A stretch of 64,000 nt of DNA from Candidatus Shapirobacteria bacterium. GTDB lineage: Bacteria; Patescibacteriota; Microgenomatia; UBA12405. The DNA lies in assembly GCA_016188545.1 (NCBI GenBank), contig JACPHO010000001.1, forward strand, positions 175,336-239,335, given 5' to 3'. Shown one piece after another: positions 26,087-36,161 of this stretch (positions are counted from its first letter, which is position 1; each line of letters begins with the position of its first letter). The notes beneath the pieces were generated by a model. The model did not search any database. It was not told the origin of the DNA and was given only the letters and a program-made list of their open reading frames with translations. The position numbers were made by a program, and so were the translations under genes.

Positions 26087-27352
26087 TTATCTATCTACAA
26101 AAGTCAGGGCGTATCCAGTTGCGTCACCGCGTCCGGTACGACCAATGCGATGACAATAATCATCGTAATTATTTGGTTTATCGAAGTTGATTACGTGGGT
26201 AATATCAGCAATATCAAGTCCTCGTGCAGCTACATCAGTAGCGACTAATATTCGGATAACATTTTCCTTGAACATTCTAACGACCGCTTGACGCTTGTGT
26301 TGAGGTTTACCGCCATGTAGTGAGGCCACCTTATGACCTTTTGTGGACAAACCAACAGATAGCCTCTCGACCATACTTTGAGTTGCTCCAAAAACCAATA
26401 CTTTTTTAAGATCCTGGTTCTCTAAAAGTTCATGTAGTTTTGCTTCTTTTTCATGACGAGCTACTTGGACGATGTTTTGTTCAACGTGTGAAGAACTGTC
26501 TTGGGTCTTTACTGATATTTTTACAGGACTAGTAAGTAAGGTGTCTATCAGAGCTTCAACCTTTTTATTGACTGTAGCTGAGAAAAATAGTGTTTGTCTT
26601 TCCTTGGGAATCTGGTTCATGATGTGACGGATGTCTTCAATGAAACCCATGTCCAACATTCGGTCAACCTCATCTAATACGACGGTATTCAATTTTGAAA
26701 AATTGATAACTCGACGTTCCCCAAGATCTTTGATTCTTCCTGGAGTTCCGATGATTACTTGTGGGTCACGTTTAATATCAATAATCTGCTCACGCATGTA
26801 AGCACCACCAATGGCTAGAGCTATATAGACACGAAGTCCTGGTGTGAAAGTGCGAAACTCTTGTTTAATCTGTTGAGCCAGCTCGCGAGTAGGAGCCAAA
26901 ATGATTATTCTTTTACCTGGGTTCTTTAATATTTCGTTAATAAGAGGTAGTGCAAAAGCGGCCGTTTTACCAGTTCCAGTATTGGCAATTCCCAATACAT
27001 CTTTACCTTGCATTACTTCAGTAATGACTTTGTCTTGAATTGGGGTTGGTTTTATATAACCCTTAGTAACTACGTTTGCCAAAAGTGTTTGATCAAAACC
27101 AAAATCAGCGAAACTATTGACAGTTACTGTCTCTTCGATAGTAACTACTGGAGTCGCTTTTCGAATAAACATGGCAGTATCAATATGCTCTCCAAAACCG
27201 CGCTTGGGCTTGGCCCACTTGGTAGTCGGTTTATTTTTAAACCAACCCCTGCGGGTACCGGAAGAACTCCCAGCCTGACGGCTGCGATAATTACCGGAAT
27301 TGTTTGAACCGAAATTTTTAAAACCAGATGAGGGCTTACTGTTGTTGTACAT
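26087..27352 (-). CDS. DEAD/DEAH box RNA helicase (DEVD variant)
   Basis: Q motif PTPIQ, TGTGKT, PTRELA, DEVD, SAT, HRIGRTGR. Confidence 0.95.
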   Translation of the reverse strand: MYNNSKPSSGFKNFGSNNSGNYRSRQAGSSSGTRRGWFKNKPTTKWAKPKRGFGEHIDTAMFIRKATPVVTIEETVTVNSFADFGFDQTLLANVVTKGYIKPTPIQDKVITEVMQGKDVLGIANTGTGKTAAFALPLINEILKNPGKRIIILAPTRELAQQIKQEFRTFTPGLRVYIALAIGGAYMREQIIDIKRDPQVIIGTPGRIKDLGERRVINFSKLNTVVLDEVDRMLDMGFIEDIRHIMNQIPKERQTLFFSATVNKKVEALIDTLLTSPVKISVKTQDSSSHVEQNIVQVARHEKEAKLHELLENQDLKKVLVFGATQSMVERLSVGLSTKGHKVASLHGGKPQHKRQAVVRMFKENVIRILVATDVAARGLDIADITHVINFDKPNNYDDYCHRIGRTGRGDATGYALTFVDR

Positions 27353-27501
27353 AAAAAAATTAAATTGTGGCTACCTCGGTGATACCGGGATTAATATTGC
27401 CCACAAATAATTATTTAAGTACAGCTACTGTACAAAGGGGGCAGTTATTATGATCGATGCCTTAACTAGATCAGCTGCTAGTCTATCATATATAATAAAT
27501 T

Positions 27502-27819
27502 ATGCAAATATTCCAAAAAATTAGGCACATTGTCTGTCAAATCCCATCAGGGAAAGTCAGCACTTATGGCGCCATAGCTAAGGCAGTTGGTACCGATCCT
27601 AGGGTTGTTGGTTGGGCACTTAAGGGTAACTCTGATATGGCTATACCTTGTCATAGAGTAGTTAAGGCAAACGGTAGTCTGGCAGCCCAGTTCTCACTGG
27701 GTAATTGGCCGGAACAGCGCCGCCGCCTGGTTCTGGAGGGCATTGAGTTCACTGGGAATAGAATTAAAAACTTTCCGAAGGTCCAGTTTACTCCGGGAGC
27801 GATAGATATAAATACCTGA
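27502..27819 (+). CDS. MGMT family O6-alkylguanine DNA alkyltransferase (C-terminal domain only)
   Basis: GKVSTYG.IA, PRVVG, PCHRVV. Confidence 0.88.
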   Translation: MQIFQKIRHIVCQIPSGKVSTYGAIAKAVGTDPRVVGWALKGNSDMAIPCHRVVKANGSLAAQFSLGNWPEQRRRLVLEGIEFTGNRIKNFPKVQFTPGAIDINT

Positions 27820-27893
27820 ATACAAGAAACAACCAAAAACAAAAATAAATACCAACATTTGACTGGTCGATCTCAAATATTTTCCAATTTTTT

Positions 27894-30548
27894 TCATTTT
27901 TTTAACTTTTGTAGCCAATAAACAGTTTGTTTTTGTAGCCAAAATCCAGATACTAAAAATAGTAGTAAGTAAGGAACAATGTTCTCCTCCGGTAGACAAA
28001 CGGCCTCTTTTGTACCCAATACTTCACCGCTAGACTTATCTACTGCCTGAATATCTGTTCTCTTCATGGTTGAAAACTGAACCCCAAACCCAGTTTGAAC
28101 TTCATTTGATGAGACCCGATTGCCGTAATCGTCATCTGCCTCCAGCCTCGATTTGGTATAAAACAATTTTCTAGCACCATTATTTCCATAAAGAGGCAAA
28201 TCGATAATTACCCCAAAGCTTAGTTTCCCCCCAGTACCTGCTTCCAAATCCCCCAAAAATATTTCATCTTTTTTCCATAGCTGGTTATTATCATCATAAA
28301 TCTCATGAACTAGTACATTATTTTTTGCAATTCCCTCACCTTTGTTATCGATGGTTATTTCAAAAGTAACGATATCACCAGGAAAAACGTATTTATTGAC
28401 GTTATTCGCAGCTGTAATTTCTAATTTTGGAAACCTTTTGGTGTCAGTTGATTTTGTACTAGTGTCAGAACTTTTTGTCTCCACTACTTCATTTTTTACA
28501 AATGTAATGGTTTTTATTGAGCTACTATTATTGTTAACATCCGATTCTAGGCTAGTAGTTTTGATGGTGACTACAGTTTCGACTTCTGATTTACTAATAT
28601 TCTCTGCAGCATAGGCAGTTTTTACTATCATTTTCCAAAAAGGCAGTTTGGCTGTTCTTATATCTGTCACTCTAACTCTCACCTCAAAATAATGCTGTAC
28701 CATCGCCCCCATCTTTTCAAATGTCCAAGTCAATTTATTCCCTATGCGAGTTAACGGCAACCCACTATCATCACTCAGATACTCAACCCCACTAGGCAGC
28801 TGGATTTCCATCACCGTTCTTCCCGCTTCCTCGTAACCCAAATTACTATATTTGACTAGATATTTTATTTCACTTCCGACCGGAACCTCTTTTGATTCGC
28901 TTGATATTTCCACAGCTACATCAGGATAGGCAAACACAGTATTTCCATTCCAATTACCGACAATATTAATTATTCCAAAAAACCAATTACTTCCAAAAAT
29001 GTTCATGTTCACCAAATTAGTTAAGTTAGCCACAGCGCTGGCTCGACCACTAATGATGTCCGAATATGTCGCTCCTTCGATCCTGTTTCCGCCGGTATTG
29101 GCCGTTACTTTTATATTATTATTTAGTGTCGCCAGATTATCGTTTTGCAAAAAATCTTGACCACTACTTACCTGACTTGTACTACTATATATGTAGGAGA
29201 AAAATTTTTGCCCATCTACCCACTCTTCACTTGATCCGGGAAATTGCCAATTATATATTTTCCCACCAGCCTGACCTAATACATTTACAGTCAGAAACAT
29301 TTGTCCACCGCCCACCAGGTCAAGATTTGCGGTCGTAAAGTTATTTGCATAAGAACTGGCATTTCCGGTCATTATCATTCCTCCGGCACCACCGCTAGTT
29401 TGGTTCGCCCCACTATTAGCTGTGCTATTTACATTTGAAGTTAGTGTTACTTGATTATTGTTTTGTGTCTGACCTGTGCAATTATCGCAGGAGGTGTTTT
29501 GGTTAGCCACCAAATCAGGGCGGGGGAGGACGAGATCCCCCAGACTATTTGCCGATAAGTTAATTACTCCGATAAAGAATTTTGACCCCACCAAATTAGC
29601 ATTTATTAAGTTGATAACATTAGCTAGTGCAGTAGCGTTTCCGGTAAGAATCAGGGCATTTTCACTGCTTCCACTTATCGAATTATCGCCGGTATTGGCC
29701 ACCACTGTCACTTGGTTATTAACCAAGGCCATATTTTTATTGCTTATCACCACTAGATTTGCATCCGCTCCAATCAATCCTTCCTGAATTTTAATTACCC
29801 CGCCACTCTCATTGGTCTGTATGTTTTTCCATACCTGATTTAGGTCGAGATTGCTTAAATCTCCACCAAAATTGTTATAGAAATATATCCCCAGTTGGCT
29901 TCCGGTCACATTTGTATTTATTAGGTTAACCACATTTGCAAAAGCCACCGCTTCTCCGGTGCTTATTTTTACTTCAGTATTATTTTCACCCCCACTACTG
30001 TTAGCGCCACTCACAGAATTTGCACTATTTGACGTCACTACTTCAGCGACGTTTTCCGTATTAGTTGTTGATTCCGGTGATGTCCCTGAAGGTAAGTTTT
30101 CATCAAGGGTAGTTAAACTGTTGTTAACTCGATTGGTGTTGTCTGTTATGGCCACAGCCGTCCCAGTTTCGATCGTCACAGCCGAACTATCGGCGATACT
30201 CAAGTTTTCCCCTGTACTCGCCGTCGAAGCGTTACTTGTCCCCAAGTCTGCCGTATTATTCCTATCGTTTGTCCCCTCGCAACCACCGGAAATAACGCAC
30301 CCACTAGCATTCCCAGGAGCAGTTGTCTCAGTACCGTTAACTATATTGGTACTTTCGGTAGTCGCCGTGGCATTACCAGTGCTTATCACCTCAGCGGGAG
30401 GCACGGTTTCACTTTGTTCATTCGTGGTGGTTCCTGTTGGTTCCAGTATTTCTTGCGCCAAAACTATCGAAGGGATCATTAGCTCTCTCCATAGAAGTAG
30501 CTGAACCAACAACACTGCAACAAATTTTCGAAACTTTTTTTTACTCAT
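27894..30548 (-). CDS. Large secreted Asn/Thr-rich repeat protein with DUF11/Ig-like domains and C-terminal TM
   Basis: Signal peptide; repeated A(N/S)TG.N...I.TG.A.A..N..N; Ig-like C-terminal domains; GEVLG plus TM. Confidence 0.75.
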   Translation of the reverse strand: MSKKKFRKFVAVLLVQLLLWRELMIPSIVLAQEILEPTGTTTNEQSETVPPAEVISTGNATATTESTNIVNGTETTAPGNASGCVISGGCEGTNDRNNTADLGTSNASTASTGENLSIADSSAVTIETGTAVAITDNTNRVNNSLTTLDENLPSGTSPESTTNTENVAEVVTSNSANSVSGANSSGGENNTEVKISTGEAVAFANVVNLINTNVTGSQLGIYFYNNFGGDLSNLDLNQVWKNIQTNESGGVIKIQEGLIGADANLVVISNKNMALVNNQVTVVANTGDNSISGSSENALILTGNATALANVINLINANLVGSKFFIGVINLSANSLGDLVLPRPDLVANQNTSCDNCTGQTQNNNQVTLTSNVNSTANSGANQTSGGAGGMIMTGNASSYANNFTTANLDLVGGGQMFLTVNVLGQAGGKIYNWQFPGSSEEWVDGQKFFSYIYSSTSQVSSGQDFLQNDNLATLNNNIKVTANTGGNRIEGATYSDIISGRASAVANLTNLVNMNIFGSNWFFGIINIVGNWNGNTVFAYPDVAVEISSESKEVPVGSEIKYLVKYSNLGYEEAGRTVMEIQLPSGVEYLSDDSGLPLTRIGNKLTWTFEKMGAMVQHYFEVRVRVTDIRTAKLPFWKMIVKTAYAAENISKSEVETVVTIKTTSLESDVNNNSSSIKTITFVKNEVVETKSSDTSTKSTDTKRFPKLEITAANNVNKYVFPGDIVTFEITIDNKGEGIAKNNVLVHEIYDDNNQLWKKDEIFLGDLEAGTGGKLSFGVIIDLPLYGNNGARKLFYTKSRLEADDDYGNRVSSNEVQTGFGVQFSTMKRTDIQAVDKSSGEVLGTKEAVCLPEENIVPYLLLFLVSGFWLQKQTVYWLQKLKK

Positions 30549-30563
30549 TATTATTACAACCTC

Positions 30564-30593
30564 ATATCCACCGGAGTTGCCTCCGATGGATAT
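30564..30593. other. Intergenic stem-loop between the two repeat-protein genes
   Basis: ATATCCA-C-CGGAG-TTGC-CTCCG-A-TGGATAT. Confidence 0.6.
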
Positions 30594-30603
30594 TTAGTTA
30601 GAA

Positions 30604-31146
30604 CTACCTGCTCCAACGTACATTCACTAGAGTTAAACCTCTGGCGTTTGCGGTTGAAGTACCAGAGTGGATGCTTGAAGATCCACCAATATTGCCGGCA
30701 CCTGCGATAACTTCGTGTGCACGATCAACGGTTGTTGAATCATCTTGTTGATTCAATCCGGTGTCAGCCATCGCGCCAGTTGTGGCACCTACGGTTGCCC
30801 GGTTGGTTTCACTACTGATAAGACAACTAGATCCGGTACAGCCACAAGGTTGCGCGTTGACCACGGTCAGTGATCTAGCATCTGCGTTTGCAGCGCCGGT
30901 TCCAATTGTTCTAGACCCGAATCCACTACCTGATACAGCTACAACCTCATGTGCTCGACTAACCGAAGTAGTGTAATTCTGAGAATTGCCACCGGTATAA
31001 GCCTCAGCGGTTGTATTTGTAGAAACGACAGCTTCGTTGGTTGATGTGCTCATAAAACAAGTTCGGCCAATACAACCAAAAGCGGGTATAGCTAGTACTA
31101 ATAGAGCCGTAGATGCGGCTCCAATTGCTACAATTTTTTTAAACAT
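30604..31146 (-). CDS. Small secreted protein made of two copies of the same repeat as the large neighbour
   Basis: Start ATG 31146 after strong SD AAGGGGGTGA; signal peptide; two N.A.V...A.TG.N...RAHEV...I..G...A.A...T.VN repeats. Confidence 0.75.
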   Translation of the reverse strand: MFKKIVAIGAASTALLVLAIPAFGCIGRTCFMSTSTNEAVVSTNTTAEAYTGGNSQNYTTSVSRAHEVVAVSGSGFGSRTIGTGAANADARSLTVVNAQPCGCTGSSCLISSETNRATVGATTGAMADTGLNQQDDSTTVDRAHEVIAGAGNIGGSSSIHSGTSTANARGLTLVNVRWSR

Positions 31147-31428
31147 AATAATATTCACCCCCCTTTTTTTTATATAAATTAATAAACGTATAGGCACGAA
31201 AATATCCGTCAAATTATTACACGGAAGTCCCTACAGTCTGCCCTTCTCGGTCGGAGCCGGTCACAATGCCAGTCAATACGAGCGGTTTTGCTCATTTTAA
31301 ATTTCCGGGACAGGAAATTTAGTATTATGTAAGGGATATCACAAACAAAATCGTCTGTCAATAAAAAAATACATAACCCATATATATTCTCCGAATAGAC
31401 GTTTACTAACCAAGTGCTAAAATAATCC

Positions 31429-33021
31429 ATGTCCTCGAATGTTTTTACTATCAAGATAGCTGGACCAGCCGGTGCGGGAATTAAAAGCTCGGGTTTGCTC
31501 CTGTCACATATCTTAGTCCGACATGGTTTTAACATTCGTGATTATGTCGAATATCCATCTTTGGTTAAGGGAGGCCACAACACTTATCAAGTTAGTTTCA
31601 GTAAAGATACTATCTTTACCGCCCGTTACCAGATTGACCTGTTTTTATCACTCCAGCCCAAACATTGGCAACAACATCAGCCCGAATTCACCGACAAAAC
31701 AATTGTCATTAGTGAAGACGCCACTACTACGGTTCCCTTAAAAGAACTATCAACCCCGCTAGGAAGCCGTATTTATGAAAACACCATTTGCTTAGCCATC
31801 GCCTGTTACCTTTTTTCTCTTGATCAGCAACTTTGTAAAAAAATAGTTTCCGACAATTTTGGTCAACAGTCACCCAACAACCAAGCCTTTCAAGTCGGCC
31901 TTGATTACTCCAAAGAACATTTTTCAACTCAAATAATTTCAAGTGTTGCTCAAACTTCCCAAGAAACTGGTCTAGCTATTCATGACGGTAACGAATCTTT
32001 TGGTTGGGGATTTCTGCAAACCGGTGGCAATTTCTATTGTGCCTACCCCATGTCACCCTCATCGGGTACTCTTCACTTTTTGGCGGGTAAACAGACAGAA
32101 TATGGTATTCAAGTTATCCATCCCGAAGACGAAATTGCTGCCGCTTCCTTGGCTGTCGGAGCTTCGTTTGCCGGAGCCCGCAGCGCCGTTGGCACCTCAG
32201 GTGGGGGATTTGCCTTGATGGTCGAGTCCATCAGCCTTTGCGGTGCTGCCGACCTAGGAGTTGTCTTCTATCTAGTTTCTCGACCTGGTCCAGCTACCGG
32301 TCTGCCAACTTGGACTGGCCAAGGCGACTTACTTTTTGCTGTCAATGCCGGACACGGTGAGTTCAATAAAATAGTTCTCGCCCCTGGTGATCAACAGGAG
32401 ACTTTTGATATGTCCGGAACCGCCCTCAATTTAGCCGCCCAATTTAATATCCCAGTAATTGTCCTTAGTGACAAATTCATTGCCGAGTCATCCGCCTCAC
32501 TTCCCGATTTGTCCCAACAAAAAATCGATCAGATAATTTCCACCAAACCACTACCAGGTACCCCAGGAAAAGAATACATGGCCAATAGCTATGAACATGA
32601 CATCGATGGTTTCGCCATTGAAGATGCTGCTCCTGTCAAAGTTTCTGTCGAGAAAAGACTAGCGCAGTTTGAGGAAATTAAAAAAGCTATTCCGTCTCCA
32701 CTTTTTTATGGGTCAAAAACTGCCCAGAATCTAATTGTGAGTTTTGGCTCCACCAAGTCAACAATTCTTGAAGCACTAAGTATGATGGACAACAAGGACG
32801 ACTTTGCCTTTCTCCAACTACGTTCCGTGTGGCCTCTAAATCCGGAACTTGAAGGTTTGCTAACTCCATTCACCAATATTATAGTCATCGAAAACAATGC
32901 CCACGCCCAGATGGTTTCTCTCATCAAATCACAATTTAATTTCAATCCTCAAAAAGTATTATTAAAATATGACGGCCGCCCCTTCTTCCCTGAAGAATTA
33001 GCCAAACTTTTAAATTCATAA
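31429..33021 (+). CDS. 2-oxoacid:ferredoxin oxidoreductase alpha subunit (gamma-alpha fusion)
   Basis: IAGPAGAGIKS, YPMSPS, EDEIAA, TSGGGFALM, RPGPATGLPT, KYDGRPF. Confidence 0.93.
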   Translation: MSSNVFTIKIAGPAGAGIKSSGLLLSHILVRHGFNIRDYVEYPSLVKGGHNTYQVSFSKDTIFTARYQIDLFLSLQPKHWQQHQPEFTDKTIVISEDATTTVPLKELSTPLGSRIYENTICLAIACYLFSLDQQLCKKIVSDNFGQQSPNNQAFQVGLDYSKEHFSTQIISSVAQTSQETGLAIHDGNESFGWGFLQTGGNFYCAYPMSPSSGTLHFLAGKQTEYGIQVIHPEDEIAAASLAVGASFAGARSAVGTSGGGFALMVESISLCGAADLGVVFYLVSRPGPATGLPTWTGQGDLLFAVNAGHGEFNKIVLAPGDQQETFDMSGTALNLAAQFNIPVIVLSDKFIAESSASLPDLSQQKIDQIISTKPLPGTPGKEYMANSYEHDIDGFAIEDAAPVKVSVEKRLAQFEEIKKAIPSPLFYGSKTAQNLIVSFGSTKSTILEALSMMDNKDDFAFLQLRSVWPLNPELEGLLTPFTNIIVIENNAHAQMVSLIKSQFNFNPQKVLLKYDGRPFFPEELAKLLNS

Positions 33022-33022
33022 T

Positions 33023-33649
33023 ATGACAATCGATAATATAAGGTCACAAATCGCTCCTACCTGGTGTCCTGGTTGTTATGACTTTATCATGTATCTAGGT
33101 ATCGAAAACGCGCTTAAGGCACTCGACATCCCCAAGGAAAAAGTAGTCATTGTCTACGACATCGGTTGTATTGGCAATATGGCCGACTTCTTCAAAACCT
33201 ATGCTGTTCACTCACTTCATGGACGCTCCATCCCCACCGCCATTGGCATTAAGTTAGCCAATCCCGAGTTGACTGTAATTGTCGTTGGTGGCGATGGTGG
33301 TATTTACGGTGAAGGTACTGGACATTTTATTGCCTGGGCACGTTCCTCAGTCGATATCAGCGTTTTTGTTTCAAACAATAATCTCTATAGCTTAACCACC
33401 GGCCAGACGAGTCCCACCACTCCTAAGGGTTCTAAAACCAAATCAACCCCACTTGGTACTCCAAATGAACCCATCGACCCAGTACCATTAGCCAAAGCTG
33501 TAAACCCTGAAATCGATGCCGTTAGCGTTGATGGTCATAACCCCATCGAAGTTATCGCCGCCTTCAAAAAAGCCATACTTCATCCAGGATTTTCCCTAGT
33601 AGATTGCCGCCAAATCTGTGTCACTTTCGGCAAACAACTCGATTCTTAA
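33023..33649 (+). CDS. 2-oxoacid:ferredoxin oxidoreductase beta subunit
   Basis: TWCPGC, HGR, GGDG (TPP binding), GQTSPT, CVTF. Confidence 0.92.
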   Translation: MTIDNIRSQIAPTWCPGCYDFIMYLGIENALKALDIPKEKVVIVYDIGCIGNMADFFKTYAVHSLHGRSIPTAIGIKLANPELTVIVVGGDGGIYGEGTGHFIAWARSSVDISVFVSNNNLYSLTTGQTSPTTPKGSKTKSTPLGTPNEPIDPVPLAKAVNPEIDAVSVDGHNPIEVIAAFKKAILHPGFSLVDCRQICVTFGKQLDS

Positions 33650-33757
33650 CAAGTGCGTCACTTTCTAGTTTTACGTTCAACGTTTTTACTTTTGACTTTT
33701 TATTTTTGAATTTGTTTTCCTGTCCCATTCTAGTTTCTAGAATCTCGTTTCCAGTTT

Positions 33758-34513
33758 CTAAGTTTTCCTCGCCACAATCGCCATAAACATTGGAAATTCT
33801 CGACGGGCTTTGTCTTCAATTTCGGCAAGACCCCCCTCCGATCTTTTTGGAGAGATCCATTCCTCGATCTTTTTAATCACCATTCCATTGTCTAGTAGCA
33901 TTTCACTATAAGACGATAATGGATAATGGTACGACCAGGTTTTTTGGTTATTCTTATGATCAAACGGACTGGAATCAATCCCAATTTCCAGTGGACTCAT
34001 GTAACTATCCACCTTTCTGTATTGCACTCGTCTGACTCTATCTACGCCCCAGTCGGCATGTTTGGGAATTCTAAAAACTGGGTGGTTTAGGACAATAATT
34101 AGCTCCCCATTCTTTTCCAAAAAGGTCGACACATTTTTGATGACCGCAAATTGATTCTTTATATTTTGTAAAGCCAATATAATCGCTGCCTTACTAAACC
34201 CACCAGTTCTGATAGGTAGAGTTTTACTGACATCCGCTACGGCAAATTTGTGACTGGGATTAGTATCCATTTTCCTAGCTTCTTCAATTAACTCAATTGA
34301 CAAATCGATACCCAAGTATTCCCTAACCGGTGGTATAGTTCGCGCCAGTACTCCCTGTCCGCAGCCCAGGTCAAGAATCCTATCATCCGGTCTCATATTC
34401 AGTAATCGAAGAGTGTGTGGCAGGATAACTTCCTGATGAAAAAAACTGCCTTTTTCGCCGACAGTTTTGTTATACCATTTACTGACCTTACTCCACGACG
34501 TGTTTTTTTGCAT
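33758..34513 (-). CDS. Class I SAM-dependent methyltransferase
   Basis: ILDLGCGQG, LNHP.F. Confidence 0.9.
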   Translation of the reverse strand: MQKNTSWSKVSKWYNKTVGEKGSFFHQEVILPHTLRLLNMRPDDRILDLGCGQGVLARTIPPVREYLGIDLSIELIEEARKMDTNPSHKFAVADVSKTLPIRTGGFSKAAIILALQNIKNQFAVIKNVSTFLEKNGELIIVLNHPVFRIPKHADWGVDRVRRVQYRKVDSYMSPLEIGIDSSPFDHKNNQKTWSYHYPLSSYSEMLLDNGMVIKKIEEWISPKRSEGGLAEIEDKARREFPMFMAIVARKT

Positions 34514-34602
34514 GTACTATTATATCTAATTTAAAAATTACCGAATACTTGCGGTTATAAGATAGTTGTTGAAATTTTACACGATGTTATAATCAGCTAC
34601 TT

Positions 34603-36159
34603 ATGACAAAAACTCTAAAGTTATTCATCATTTCTTCTGTTTTATTATTCACTGCTTTTTATTCTCTTGGTGCGAAATCGGTCACTACAAATGTGTTAGC
34701 AAATGATCCTCCAGGACACTGTAGTAGTGGATGGATAGAAAAAATTGAAGAAGACGATGCCCCTTTTATTTCCAGCAACTCAAGTGGGTCAATATGCTCA
34801 GTGTGGATTAAGGCTGGTACTCCTTGTTATGAATTTTCTTCCAACACCAACAATGGTTGCTATGTAATTACCGGAGTAGGTGGAAGCGGAGTCCAAGTTA
34901 CTCGAACCGGTAGTGGTCCTGATTGTAAAGGAATTTCCCATGTCGAGTTTCACCGTTGCCCAGCGCCCACCAGTACGCCAATTCCAACCAATATTCCAAC
35001 TCCCACAGTAGTTCCACCCACACCCACCCAAGTCCGGCCTACTCCAACCTCCATTTTTTGTTCACCAACCACTACCAATACACCCTCGCCCACCAATACT
35101 CCAACAGATACTCCAACTCCTACTTCAACTCCTACTTCAACTCCAACTCCAACATTAGAACCCACACCTGTCTGTGACGATGAAGTTTGTCCCACTTCTA
35201 CCCCAACACCCACTGCCACACCTACCCAAATAATCTCCGGCACACCCCAACCAACCCCTAGCCCAATTCCCACTGCGACTCCCACAGGTACGTCAAACGT
35301 TGGCGGTGGTGACAATGGTGGTTCAAATCCTCCAGGTGCACCAGTCTGCACCGATCCCAAACCCGGCACTCCTTCAAATCTTCGGGTTACTCGCATTTCT
35401 TCCACCCAAGCCCGACTTGATTGGGATCATGCGTCTGATCCTCACACTTCTTACGTAGTCGCTTATGGCCCATCTTTAGGTAACTATCCCTGGGGTAGCC
35501 CAAATGTTGGCAATAATAATAGCTACACCGTCAATTCTCTGACTCCCGGCGCCCAGTACTGCTTCTATGTCCGAGCTCAGAATAACTGCATGCCTGGCGA
35601 CAAATCAAATGAAGTCTGTATAAATGTAGGATCAACTGTAAAGATCCTTGGGGTCACCGACAATTACAATCCCATAGTCGATGGTATCCGTGAAAGTTAT
35701 GGTGGTGACATTCTTGGTACTACTACCGAACTCATGACTACCGCCGAAGTTGTCTATGCTCAAAACAAACTACCCTCTGGCAATACTCTCGTCTCTGGAC
35801 AGTCAATCAGTATTCCCAAGATTGGAGTAAATCAGCCAATCTATGCTCCAGCTCGTATCGGGGACGACTACACTGTCGGTCACCAGGAAGTCCTCCACAC
35901 CACCATCGACGGTAGTTCTGTCTACTATGGTCACAATGGTTACGATGTTTTTGGTAGCCTCCACAGAACCAATATTGGCGATCAAGTGGTGACCAATAAT
36001 AATGGAGTCGATTCTGGCTACAATGTCACCGAAAAACTCTTTGTCCACAAAAGCCAGGTCGATAGTATTAAGACAACCGGTGACCAAATAGTTTTGGTCA
36101 CTTGTAGTTTCACCCAACCAGATTATCGTATCGTTGTTAAAGCTTCATTAACCAAATAA
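34603..36159 (+). CDS. Secreted PT-rich protein with FN3 domain and C-terminal sortase domain
   Basis: Signal peptide, Cys-rich domain, TP repeats, FN3 (LTPGAQYCFYVRA), sortase ISIPKIG..YGHN..LVTC..R. Confidence 0.82.
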   Translation: MTKTLKLFIISSVLLFTAFYSLGAKSVTTNVLANDPPGHCSSGWIEKIEEDDAPFISSNSSGSICSVWIKAGTPCYEFSSNTNNGCYVITGVGGSGVQVTRTGSGPDCKGISHVEFHRCPAPTSTPIPTNIPTPTVVPPTPTQVRPTPTSIFCSPTTTNTPSPTNTPTDTPTPTSTPTSTPTPTLEPTPVCDDEVCPTSTPTPTATPTQIISGTPQPTPSPIPTATPTGTSNVGGGDNGGSNPPGAPVCTDPKPGTPSNLRVTRISSTQARLDWDHASDPHTSYVVAYGPSLGNYPWGSPNVGNNNSYTVNSLTPGAQYCFYVRAQNNCMPGDKSNEVCINVGSTVKILGVTDNYNPIVDGIRESYGGDILGTTTELMTTAEVVYAQNKLPSGNTLVSGQSISIPKIGVNQPIYAPARIGDDYTVGHQEVLHTTIDGSSVYYGHNGYDVFGSLHRTNIGDQVVTNNNGVDSGYNVTEKLFVHKSQVDSIKTTGDQIVLVTCSFTQPDYRIVVKASLTK

Positions 36160-36161
36160 TT

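Noticed and set aside
31250-31285. Twister ribozyme (GCCGGTCACAATGCC resembles the P4/L4 segment)
   Set aside because: No matching P1/P2 stems or pseudoknot partner found.
34950-35405. Antisense VG-repeat ORFs (also 54643-54882, 55701-55997, and the long shadow ORF 29959-30504)
   Set aside because: Reverse-strand shadows of PT-rich or low-complexity coding sequence.
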